DNA from: Adineta vaga
Taxonomy: Eukaryota > Animalia > Rotifera
DNA length: 64,000 nt
Direction: 5' to 3'
Assembly: GCA_021613535.1 (NCBI GenBank)
Contig: CP075492.1
Coordinates: 3,472,001 to 3,536,000, forward strand
Position numbers and translations under genes: made by a program. The notes beneath the pieces were generated by a model. It had not been told where the DNA came from. It did no database searches and worked only from the letters and a program-made list of their open reading frames with translations. Of this stretch, positions 51,380-63,568 are shown piece by piece (the first letter of the stretch is position 1; every line of letters starts with the position of its first letter).

Positions 51380-52810
51380 TCAAGCAATGAAGTTCTTATA
51401 ACCTATTTCATCCCAAAACTCGCAAAAACTTTTTAAATAATTTTCGCCAATTTGAAATGGATCTTGAATGTACATGTATGGCTCATTTACACCTGTTACT
51501 TTTGGCCACGATAGTGGTGCTCTCGAAGGTTCATTAGGATTTTGAATTTTAGCAAAATTCGTCCAATAAGTGGCCATATCTTGAGATACACGTCGACCGA
51601 TATCAGTGAACCGATCCCAGTACGACTCAAAAACGAAAGGCATATCATCTTCATGACAGGCATGATCTGGGCAGTTGAACGAATTCCGAATATTTTCTTT
51701 GTCAAAAGGATAACCGAAGACATAGGAATAGGATGCAACTTTGCGAGCAAAAAATCGAGTTGAACAAGCAAATATCCAGTCTGTACCAACGCGTGATAAT
51801 AGAACTCGTTAATCATCCGATGCGTCTGGTGGATAATGATGGAAAACTTTAAATGCATTTTCTCCAAAGAGAGCAATAACTACAGCAATATATTCACTAG
51901 CCGACACCGTTCTATTATAGTTTTGAAAGATGAAACTCCAACATTTGTCAGTAACTGTACCAATACTTAATGGTTTCAATGGAAATGATATATTACGTAC
52001 ACTATTTAGAAGATGATCATGAACAATTACATTGTCAATGACCGGTAACCATGGCTCAAAAAAAAACAGAGCATTGACTGTACTTTGAGCAGCAATAATT
52101 TGATCAATAGAACGAGATCGAAAACATACCACATCACTCGTCGCACAATGGATTTGTTCAGCAAGGAGAACACCGAGTATAACATACTCGAGATAGGTTC
52201 TATATTATATCATAATTAGAATCTTTTAATTCATGATACTCATCTAAATAATTATGTTACCTGACTGGTACTGTCATTGGTGCACTTTGAATAATAGCTC
52301 GCTGAAAAAATGGTTGCATTTCACTCGTAACATAATGTAAAGCAGTATATTGAGACCGGCACTTTGTCCAAAAAGCGTGATCTAAAGAATCAATGATGTT
52401 AATGTTCTCTATCAGATATTTACTAATTCAAACCTCATTTGCATCTCCTTCAAAAGCATTAATATTCGCTTTGATCCATGCAATTGCTAAACGTTGATCG
52501 AGTATTCCATAGTTACCTTTAATATCATTTGGACCATTGCCAGTAGCGAAGAAGCCCAAAACACCTGTCATTATCATCATATATATATATCGAAAAAAAA
52601 TCAACATTGATACCTAATCGATATTGGATAAGTGCAACTACGACATTTGTTATATTAACTAAACGTTCAGCTTCGTAGATTGGTTCTGTAGCATAACCAT
52701 ATTGGAAGCCACCACCATGAATAAAAAGCATAACTGGTAAAAGATTCATCGATACTAATGTATTGGATAACGGTGTGAATATGTTCACATAGAGACAGTC
52801 TTCCGACATC
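51380..52810 (-). pseudogene. Type-B carboxylesterase/cholinesterase-family pseudogene
   Basis: SEDCLYVNIFTP, FIHGGGF, GNYGILDQ, FGQSAG (frameshift immediately after it), ACHEDD, YWTNFAK; in-frame TAA at 51809; N-terminus not found. Confidence 0.8.
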
Positions 52811-53316
52811 TGTTATATATATATTCTTTGATTTCAAAAAATCAATTCTTGTTTTCATGCAAGACTTACAATCTGTGGAGTAAGAATGGAATACTGTAGA
52901 AGACACAAGCCAAATTAGTCTGATAACCTAATACATCGTCGTACTTTGTATGAACAAAAATTGGTTCATTAGTACAAATATTTCTTATGAAAAAGGTTAA
53001 AATCAATATCAAATGTAAGACAAGCATGATTATTCTGTTTTCACTATGTTAGGTGTATATTTCTCTCGTAGGAAACTGATAAGAACGAAACCATTATCAC
53101 ATTTAATATTTTTTTTGTTATATGTTTTCACGCAGAACAATAACATATCATGCACTGATTTAAGAGTAAAATGTTAATACTAAATTTTCGAAATTGGATA
53201 CCATTAGCAAAGGATATTTAATCTGCAATCACAAAAGTAGAAAAATAAAAATTCGATTTAATTGCATTGATAAGCTTTTCAACGATATACACAAGTCATA
53301 TTTCTTTCACACAATC

Positions 53317-54264
53317 ATGTTGTTTCTTCTAATCATCGGTCTTTGTTTTACTCTTACAGTTCATTCACAGCAAAAATGTCGTAAGAATAATATTTGTCAG
53401 AAATTGAAGCGCATTTTCTGAGAGGATTTTGTTCTTTCAGCAATGATATCCAAAGGTGGTACTGCTGCATTGCGTGTCATGACATACAATATTCGACTTG
53501 ATACTGTTGCAGATGGACAAAATCAATGGCCCAATCGTAAAGCTAATGTGTTTCAATTAATAAAAGATCGAACACCTGATCTATTGGGTGTTCAAGAAGC
53601 ATTGGCGAGACAAATGACTGATTTGCAGACAGCTTTGCCTAACTATCGTCACTATGGTGTGGGTCGTGATGATGGTAAAACGAATGGTGAATTTTCGGCA
53701 ATATTCTATCGAGCTGATCGTTTTGATTTACTTAAAAGTGGTACATTTTGGCTTTCACCCACACCGACTGTAGTTGGAAGTAAAGGTTGGGATGCAGCAA
53801 TTACACGTATATGTAGTTGGATACAAATTCGTGATAAACGAACTCAACAAGTTTTATACCATTTCAATACACATTATGATCATAAAGGTGCAAATGCTCG
53901 TCTTCAAAGTTCTCATTTGATTTTAAATCAAATTAAAACGATTGCTGGAACTACAACACCTGTCATATTCACTGGTGATTTAAATGCAACACCAAATTCA
54001 GATCCTTATCGTACTATTATTACAAATACAGCTTTTAAAGATGCTTATTCTATATCGGAATTTCCTCATTGTGGTCCCAATGGTACTTTTTCAACATTCG
54101 ATGTTTCAAACAAGATGGGTGATCGTATCGATTATATTTTCTCAAGTTCACACTTTAGAGTTTTACAACATGGTGCTTTAATTGATTCAAATAATGGGTT
54201 TTATCCATCGGATCATATTCCTGTCTTAGCAGAAGTGATCATCAAAACAGACACTTCGGGATAA
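53317..54264 (+). CDS. Secreted endonuclease/exonuclease/phosphatase (EEP) family protein, bacterial type
   Basis: Signal-peptide exon 53317-53380, intron 53381-53440; VMTYNIR, DLLGVQE, GVGRDDG, GTFWLS, NTHYDH, GDLN, RIDYIF, SDHIPV. Confidence 0.9.
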
Positions 54265-54708
54265 TTGAAATCATTTTTTTACGTTTTGCGATCTTATAAT
54301 ATGTTAAAATGAAGAAAAAAAAACTAAGGTTCTGCAGACGACGTAAGTTTATTAAAGCTGTGCTCGTTCATCAAGAATAGGTTTTCATGATGATCTTTCA
54401 TTGAAATTTCTTGTTTGACATTTGTCAGAATTGATCTGAATATATTAGTATAGTGCGTTCGACGATGGAGGTGCATGTGTCAATAGTATATATCCTACAA
54501 GCACAGGTCCAACCAAACTCTCAAAATGTACTTTGCAGCAAAAAGATACTTTGTGAGCGATCGAAACATAAAAAGCGAGATTATTTATTGATTAAAATAT
54601 GAACTGAAAATAAGTTTATGCATGTAAAAGTAAGCGTCTAGATATGAGTACAGTAATGTCTGCAATGTTACGCTCATAGAAAACAAACAATACGTAAGTC
54701 ATTTCTCG

Positions 54709-57700
54709 CTACGGATAATACGACTCAACAGCATTTAATACAACCCCGTTATATCCACCAACCAACACCACTTCTCCATTTGACAAGATGGATGCAGTAT
54801 GGCAACCTCGTGGACGTGCCATACTTTGAGTATATGTCCATGTTTGTGTTGCTGGATTGTATAACTCAACAGTTTCTTGAAATGTAACAGCATGCGCACC
54901 AACAACTAACACTAACCCATTTGACAGTAATGATGATGTATGATACAGACGAACACGTTTCATATTAGTAATACTTGTCCAATTCTTTATCGATGAATTA
55001 TATAACTCAGCAGTACCTGTATAAGTCATAATACTAGTCGCTCCACCGGCTACCAATACATTTCCATCAGACAACATGTTTGTTGTATGATAGCGACGTG
55101 TTGTCTTCATACTCACAAGAGTTTTCCAAGTATCGGCTTGTATATCATACAGTTCAACGCTATTTAAGTAAGAACCACGGTATCCACCAATACCAACAAA
55201 TTTCCATTTGGCATTAAGGATGCCGTATGATAAGCCCGCGTTATCATCATGCTCGCAAGACTTGTCCAATTATTTGTCTGAGGATCATACAATTCAACAG
55301 ATTTTAGAGAAACACTACCGTTAGATCCACCAGCCACTAACACGTTATCATTTGACAATACAGATTCTGTATGAAAATATCGTGGTTCCATCATGCTTTG
55401 CCGTGTTGTCCATTCTGAATTTAAAAAAACCGTCATAGTCTATGGTTGGCATACTTCACTCGCATGTAAATCAATCGATAGTTTCACAATTTCTATCATT
55501 ATAGTCACTATTTTATATTCCATTAAAGTAACGTGCATAGAAAACTATAAATTGTTTCTCTGTTATTAATGATGCTCTCATTATTTTCTAGTTTTGTTTC
55601 ATATACATATAGATCAACGAACAGACTGAAGAAAAAGATTTTCCTTTATGATTATAGTGAAATCGTACTTATCAAATAAGTTCCAACAAATGTATCACTT
55701 GTATTAACACATCCTGCTAAATTGCTTGTTGATTTGTTGAAAGTACGAGTGATTGTTGTCATTGGATTTGGAAAGTGACGTATGTCTATTGTCACTACGC
55801 TGGTGATTTATCATTACCACTGAATAAATTATTCGTACTAAAACAAATGTTATAATAACCTCGTGATGGTGTACTGTTCCATGGCCAATAGACATGATCG
55901 ACTTGACTACCATCGCCGACTTGCTCATATTGACCTTGGTCAAGAGACGAATTAATTGTGGGATTAGCATAATAAATAAGCTTTTTATCGGGTGTGTTAA
56001 TAATAATCTTTCCTTGACCATTGTCACGAGACAACCGAGCGATGAAACTTACAACACCCTTTTGAATACACATTTTTTGAACCAATACTTGATTCATTGC
56101 GCATGTTATTGATCCAATTGTTGTATTGTATGTTCCTAACTTAGTATCAAACATAACAGACATATTTGATGTTGTAAAAAAAGATTCTAAATAAGAATAC
56201 TGAATAAATGCACCAATCGCAACATCTTAAGAGAAAAAAAGTGAAATAATGAAATTCCAGTGAAATTAACTCGTTTATGTGAACTCTTACTTTGTACACC
56301 AACAGAAGAGAAAATACCACCGTTAGGTACTTTGAAATAAACGACTTGAACAATGTTAGGAACATTCTCGAAAAAGACAATTTGAAAATGACAATATTCA
56401 TATGGTAGTGCATAAAGAGTTTCATAGAATTCAAATACGAGAGTTCGGGCAGGAGCGTTACCTTGAAGAGCATAATAGATCCCTTGAGATGTTCCATTAT
56501 TGATAAACAAATCTGCCGATAATGGGAAAACGGTCGAACCAATAAATCGATAGGATGGAAGTATTTCTGTTTCACTATAACTTGAACATACTCCAAGACA
56601 AAAGCACTGTGAAAGAAAAAATGAATACAAATTGTTGAAGGAATTTTTTATAACTATATAATAAAAAGCATTGAACGCCACTCGTCTCCTCTCCTCAAAA
56701 ATCGATCTTAGTCCACGTACATTCAAATGAATGGAATCGTATGCTGGAACTGACATGAGAAGACTGTAATAAAATTTTCAGCTCGATACCTTTTGAGAAG
56801 TGGGTGGTAATCTGGATATGTAAGAGACGTTATCTGAAAAACACTTCTATCTGATAAAATTATTCAATATATAGTGGACTCCTATTAAATATGAAATAGA
56901 ATTATTGACAATTAGTTCACTAGACAAGAATTGAAGAAGCACGAATTAAAAATTGATGTATAGATATAATCATTTTTCATCTACGCTGTATGTACATCGA
57001 GTGCGTCAGTCTTTATTATATATGTATGCTTCTTTTAGGACTTATTTTGTATATATTATATTCGATTTCTTTTCGTCCACAATATACTACGTAGTTTGTT
57101 TTTACGGTGAAATAATTATATTTAGAGTTTGATAGTAATGCAGCAAGCATTCTTGTTTTTATAAATTTATAATTGCTATCTAACTCACTTCTATTGTTTG
57201 TAAAGAGTATGAAGAGAAAACAACTTACCCCATTCGTCGATATTGAAACGCTACTTGTCGTTACGTTGTATAGAGTAATGTTAATAGGTAAACTAATACT
57301 ATAATAAGCATCATCTGCTGTTCCATTAACCGAACCGTTCCAAAGACTTTTTGAATTAGTTAGTTGAACAGTAGGCACTATCGTACAAAGAAATAATTAG
57401 CAATTCGTTTGTTGAAAATCAAGTTTTCCTCAAAGTGATTTTGTATTTTACTTTTTATTTGGATGAAAACTCTATACTATTTCCATGAGAACACTATTGC
57501 ACCATCGTAGCTTCATGTATTATTGTACTTTGTGTACTTATGTATGTAATCGATTCATGCGAAGCTCGCTGATGAAAATAAATTCTATTCCTCCAAAAAA
57601 AGTACAAGACTATGGATGTTAATGTGTTTATTGTCATCTTTTACGTACACCCTCACCCAAAAATTGTAGAGCTGAGCTATTCTAAGTAAGTATTGACTGG

Positions 57701-57955
57701 GGAATCATCAAAAGGTACTATTAATAAATGAGCATATCACTGACCAAGCATTGGTATGGGTGTTGTTACTATTCCAGTTGATGGTCCCGTTGACGTTGCT
57801 GCTGCAGCTGATGTTCTTGTTGATGCTGTTATTACTGATGTTGACACTGTTGCTGATATTGTTGTTTTATTTTTCACTATAATAACAGCGACTATAATCG
57901 CGGCAGTGACAGCAACCAAAACAATACCAACAAAAATAGAAATAATTCTTTTCAT
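54709..57955 (-). pseudogene. Multi-exon membrane protein: TM + Thr stalk + NIDO-like + YfaP/DUF2135-like + Kelch propeller; two frameshifts
   Basis: Exons join in compatible phases (57955.., 57378-57230, ~56607-56291, ~56225-55669, 55414-54709). Kelch motifs R..HT...L.NG.VLV.GG...ELY; frameshifts at ~55797 and ~55190. Confidence 0.6.
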
Positions 57956-60101
57956 AATTTTGGTTTGAATAACTGTTTTCTTAAGGATATCAAGCGTTTT
58001 AGTTCACTATTGATGAGTAAAATATCTACTTTAATACTAATACAGAGATCAATGTTGTATTCGCAGTGATTGTGATTGCTTTAAACTAAAATATTGAAAA
58101 GGACAAAGATCTATGTAGTGTTCGTGTTTTCTTCGTAGAACTAAAATAACATGTTTCTTTATAAAATTCTTTTTTAGTCCTACAGTCCAATTTGGATATC
58201 GATTTAATGATTATATAATCGATATAAAGTGTAGGCGTGAGATTAGGTTTTATTTTCACGGTTTCCTATAGAATCAGCAGGATGATGGTTTATATTTGCG
58301 TCCCGTAGTTAATATTAGTATATACGGTCGTACCGATGAAAATACGATCGTTTTACGCGGATAATATATGATAGACGACCGGCGTTTGAAACTCTAATAT
58401 TTTGATGAAGGCAAATTCGTTAGAACGAAAATTTTCAGGGTAATCGACCGATCATGATGACTATCTTTGGGCAAAACTGCAGATCGATATCACGTAATTT
58501 GACTTTCTAGAAGTTTTTCTTGGTCTTAATGACGCCTACTCATGGCCAATCTATGTCAGTAATCGGCGGGCGGCATTTGAATACGTTCTCTCGTTAGAAA
58601 AATCAATTTACTGTATCACCTCTATATATATTTATGTGCTATAAAAAAAAGTTCCTTCTCGGATTCTTTTGTTATCTGGGACGTTGTTCGCCTCATTGGA
58701 GAAAGAAAGAATATTAAAAATCCGAGAGCTCACGTCAGATCAATCTTACATAGAATAAAGTGCTACTCCTAATAACTAACCATGATAATAGTTGCATGAC
58801 CTTTAGTATTTTTCATCACGGTAAAAAGTATAAAGATATTCTTTTCTACTACGATGCAATTGATCAGAAATATTTCAAAGAAGCTCAGCGAAGAAGGTAA
58901 GAGAGAATAACAAATGATACACTATATAATAGGCTCATAGAGAATGATAAAGTTTCGTATACAAACACCTCACAAACAGGCAGTAACATTCTTCTGATCG
59001 ATTTCTAATTGAACACTATATCGCAGAAAGCATCAATGATTTTCATATAAAAGTAATCTCCTGAAAAGCTCTCATTGCATTTTATAATTTCATTTCTTTC
59101 AAAAAAAAATATGCAGAAGAAAAGCTGACGGATTGTGTCAAGTAAGAAAGTTGGTCTCCAGTGTAAAATTATTACAGCACTCCCATTTATATCGTTTATT
59201 CTTATAAGAAAAATAGCACAACAGCAGTATAATGAGTATACGCTTTACCATAAAATATTTTATTAGAAATAGAAATATAACTAACAACGTTAGTTTTCGA
59301 AGATTCGTGTTAGTTAAATTCTTTGCCAAAAAATTTTCTCCCCTTCGAAAACTCATAGACAAATATTGATTAAAAAGTGTTTGAGTATTCATTTCTCTCT
59401 ATATAACTCTCACTAATCATTATTTTACCTTGCTCATTTTTATGATAATTAATAGTAGAAGCATAATTTACTTTTAAAACAGCTTCAACAGTTAGGATAA
59501 TTAAAAAGAAGCGAGTGATGCACATCGTCAGATGTTCCATACAAAACATCATTGTCAACCTATTATAATTGTAAAAGAAACGATCAGATACACAACGGCA
59601 GGTGTTTTATACAACGCATGATTTTCATATATCATTGACGTCTAAACTATATATTATACAAGTGCATGTTTTAAAGAAATCATAAACATCTATAGACTTG
59701 TTTGTGTCCAGGGCTCTATTGTTGATATTACCTATGTCTAGAAAGTTTTGGCACAAAATGAGTGAATACCATATAGAATATCCTTTCATATTTCACTATG
59801 CACTCGTCTAATGAAAATGTTTAGCATGAATTCTGATTCTAACCGACTGAAAAGTGAACAAACATGATGTGCCAAAACTTTCTTATTCTTTTGCTTCTAT
59901 TGATAAATTTATATTTTTATTTTCCGAAAAGTTTTTCTAATATCCGTGGCGTAAATTGAAGTCAAATAACATGTTATTAAAGATGTCACTAGAAGTAATT
60001 ATATTCATTCGTTCGCATAACCAACCATTTATTATATTCATCATATGGCGTATCACATTTTTCTTTGAGATAGTTTCTCTTTCACAATTAAATCCCGGTG
60101 A

Positions 60102-61759
60102 ATGTATACTTGTACTTGTGGTCATATATTTTCTAATTCTGATGAATTAGAACAACATAGAGTAAATAAATCTTCTTGTACAAAAAAAAAGATTTCTTTT
60201 TCATTTTAAAGGAAATTTGTTCGAATCGTTTACGTACATGTGCATTTTGTGATGAAGAAATTCTTTTGAAAGATATGGGTTATCATTTATTTCATTGTGG
60301 AAGTAAAACAGATCAATGTCCAATTTGTCAAAAATATATTCAACGATCAATTTATAATTATCATATAGAAAATAATTGTATTATACTAGATGAAGATGAT
60401 CATCCAAATGCTTCAGACATACGTAGGATTTCATTTTTTCATTCGATTTTTCTCTTAAGAACTTCTTTTTTTCATAGAAATTGAAAGACAAATTATAGTT
60501 GATGATACTGTTCCATGTGAATCTTGTCAAGAACAAATCATATTTACGAATTATGAGAATCATTTAGTATGAAATGAAATTAAGATTAATTATAATTGAT
60601 TTTCATATTCTTAGATGAAATGTTCTCGAAGATTTCACAGTTTGACTTATGAAAGGTAAATTTTTGGTTTTAATAGTTAATAACAATTCAACTGCAAATA
60701 TCTTCCAGATCAATTCGAGATTATAGTACAGATCAACAAGTCACCTCATCAACTGCTTCAAATCAATCCTTGCCAGAATTAGTTAATACATCTGCTGAAA
60801 ATCTTCAAAACAAAAGTTTTAAAAAAGAAACTGTTAGTAAATTACTACATACAAGAACATCAAATATTCGAGATAGTTTAAGTAAACAATATTATCCCAC
60901 TGAAGTCGAACATGTTGTTGATAAACTTCAATTTAATATCATTTTAATTGGTTCACCACGCGTTGGAAAAAGTCAATTAATCAATGCTTTATGTGGTCAT
61001 GATATTGCTGAAACAAGTCCAGGACTTAATTCATGTACGAAAGAAATTAAATGTTATACATTACAAGATAATCAACAACTAACACCAGGAATAAAACCAT
61101 TCCAAATCAATTTTTATGATACACCTGGTATTGAATCATGGATTGAACAAAACGGAGAAGAAACAATGAAAAAATTTATTGAAGAAAAATCTCCTATTTG
61201 TGTTATTTATTGTGCATCACCTGGATCATTTGCTGATATAAAACAACTTCAACCAATATTAAAATTATGTAAAGATAAACAAATATTTTGTGCATTGGTT
61301 TGTACAAATATGTGGTCGGGTCCTGCTCGTGACGTTGTTATTAATGAATTTAAAAAAGAATTGAAATTCTTTGGCGAACAAATTGATAAACCATTTGATC
61401 AAGGTTACCATCGTGCACCACATCAGGTAACCATATTTGGTCATGGAGCATTATGTACAATGATAAATTCAATTGAATATTATGATCCGGAATTATCATT
61501 AACGATGAGAAAACCAGTTCAAGGTGTTGATGAATTGATTCATTGTATTATGGATGAACTTGATGAAGAGAAACTAATTGGTTGGTGTAATGCGGTTTTA
61601 TATCGAAGATCTTTTTGGGAAAAACTTGTTCAGAAAACAAATGGATTTTTTTCCAGACATTTTCCTCAAGTTCAAGGATTTTTCGATCCAAATAATGATC
61701 AAAATGCAGTAGAATTGATTAAAAAATTATTTAATAATAAGAATCAATCGAAAAAATAA
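60102..61759 (+). CDS. TRAF-type (XAF1/TRAFD1-like) zinc-finger repeats fused to an AIG1/Era-like P-loop GTPase
   Basis: Short exons CTCGH...EQHR / EICSNRLRTCAFC...HCGSKTDQCPICQ...YHIENNC / VPCESC...YENHL spliced to a large exon with GSPRVGKS, SCT, DTPG. The 5' end is uncertain. Confidence 0.7.
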
Positions 61760-62184
61760 TATAAATCTCTGGACTTCATTTATTTTTCAGGAAAGTTTTG
61801 TATTTGTTTTTAAAATAATAAACTATTAATTCTGATTCGATTCAATTATATCTCTATTGAGAAGCAAAACAAAATTCAAAATAATTGAAATTTAGTGAAT
61901 ATATTTATTCTTTAATTCTTCTCAGTAAGAAGAAAACAGGTGTGCACCTAGTGCGGTTAACGAATACTGATTCAGTTAAGTGAGAAAAACCCAGTGTACA
62001 CTGAAGAAGTGAGTCATTCAGCAATCACTGAAAAGATTTTTGTTTTCTTTTTTGTTAGTAAGAATACAATGGACAGACGGAGTAACTGGGTTTTATTTCA
62101 TTTTTATTTTTTCTGATTTTTACAACAGTCGGAGAATAGTTTTCATTTTTAGATTCATATTCTCTGATACTGTGAAGTCACATA

Positions 62185-63217
62185 ATGAATAAGACACCGG
62201 TTGCTCACGATTTAACCTGTGAAAACACTGATGCTTTAGAAAAAGATTCGCCGGTAGGAGGAAACGCGAAAGATGTTATTCCGTCAGTTCAAGTGTTATC
62301 GATCGATGTCGAATGTGTAGCTACAGGATTTTCTCATCTGGATCGTGCACCATGTAGTGTGGCTATTGTTAACGATCGATGTGAGATCCTCTTTGATTCA
62401 TTGATTAAACCAGATAAACCTATAGTCAGCGATTTATTTCCTTTGAGTGGTGTGCGTAAAGCAGATCTACAACAGGCTCCATCTTTTGATGACGTGATCA
62501 AAAAGGTAATTGATATATAAATTGAATAGTTTATCTATTGCCAGTTCATTGTTATGTTTTATAGGTACATTCCTTTTTTACACCAACAACTTCGATTGTT
62601 GGTCAATCGATTATGAGTGATATCAATTGGATGCAACTTGAAGAAGGTATACATTACAATTCTACGATTGAATTGGGTGATGAATTTGCGGTATTCGATC
62701 CACGCTATGGCAATAAAAAGTAAGCTATAAAATACTCTTCGTAGAATTTCAGTACAACGTTTGACTTATATCTTTAAAGGTACTTTTCTCTAGCTCATGA
62801 AGCACAAATACTATTGCAAATCGATCTTAATGCTATGGGAGGTCATCTCGCTCGAAATGATGCTAAAGCATCTATAAAACTTTATAATCAATATTTAAGG
62901 GTAAAATGAAATTGAAATGATTTTAACCGAGTTGATTTTGATAGGTTAGAGATCAAATGAAACTTGAGCAAGCACGTCAAACACTTCTTCGTTCACCAAC
63001 TAAGATTCCACCTTATCGACGTCTTAATGGTGTCTATGAGAAAGTTTGCTTGTCTGCATTTCATCGTGGATACTGTCGATGTGGGCAATCATTGATTAAT
63101 GAATTGCATAAACAAGCGGATAAAAAACGACGCAATAATTCAAATGATGAAAAGGAGAAACTATCTTCATCAACAAACAAGAAACTGAAAGTCATTGACG
63201 AGAAAACTGATAAATGA
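62185..63217 (+). CDS. DEDDh 3'-5' exonuclease (REX4-like)
   Basis: SIDVECVATG (ExoI), IVGQSIMSD (ExoII), GHLARNDA (ExoIII); 4 exons; C-terminal CLSAFHRGYCRCG. Confidence 0.8.
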
Positions 63218-63568
63218 AATATTACGATTGTAACATAATGTCATTATTTTATAAACTAGAATTTAAATTCGGTGATTAAAACCTATTCTTATTCAAATGT
63301 CCTACGCACGCATTACAAGTCCAATTGAACAGACGTACCGACATAAACCCTACTGATGATAAATCATATTTTATGACATCAAGAATTATTTTACTAAGAT
63401 TGATGTTATTTCGTTGTTTCGTATAGAAAATTAATTATCCGATTATGAATAAATTAGTTTTCGCATTCGGCAAAACTCTAATACGACAGTTTAAGAGGAT
63501 TATTTCTTAAGAAAAAAAAACCCGAAGTTAAATTTTATCATCATATCAAAAATGATATTCCGATAAAT

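Noticed and set aside
3792-51811. Stop-codon reassignment or selenocysteine explaining the in-frame stops
   Set aside because: All three stop types occur, they replace different residues (K in the paralog of 35821, W/Q-like positions elsewhere), they co-occur with frameshifts, and all three also serve as normal terminators.
19150-54264. Bacterial contamination explaining the microbial-type genes
   Set aside because: The genes carry spliceosomal introns, mostly share the host AT content and are interleaved with GPCR and F-box genes.
58240-58600. Possible ncRNA in the CG-richer intergenic patch
   Set aside because: No recognisable tRNA, snRNA or SL structure; the TACGGT/TACGAT motifs look more like a decayed repeat, and I could not define boundaries.
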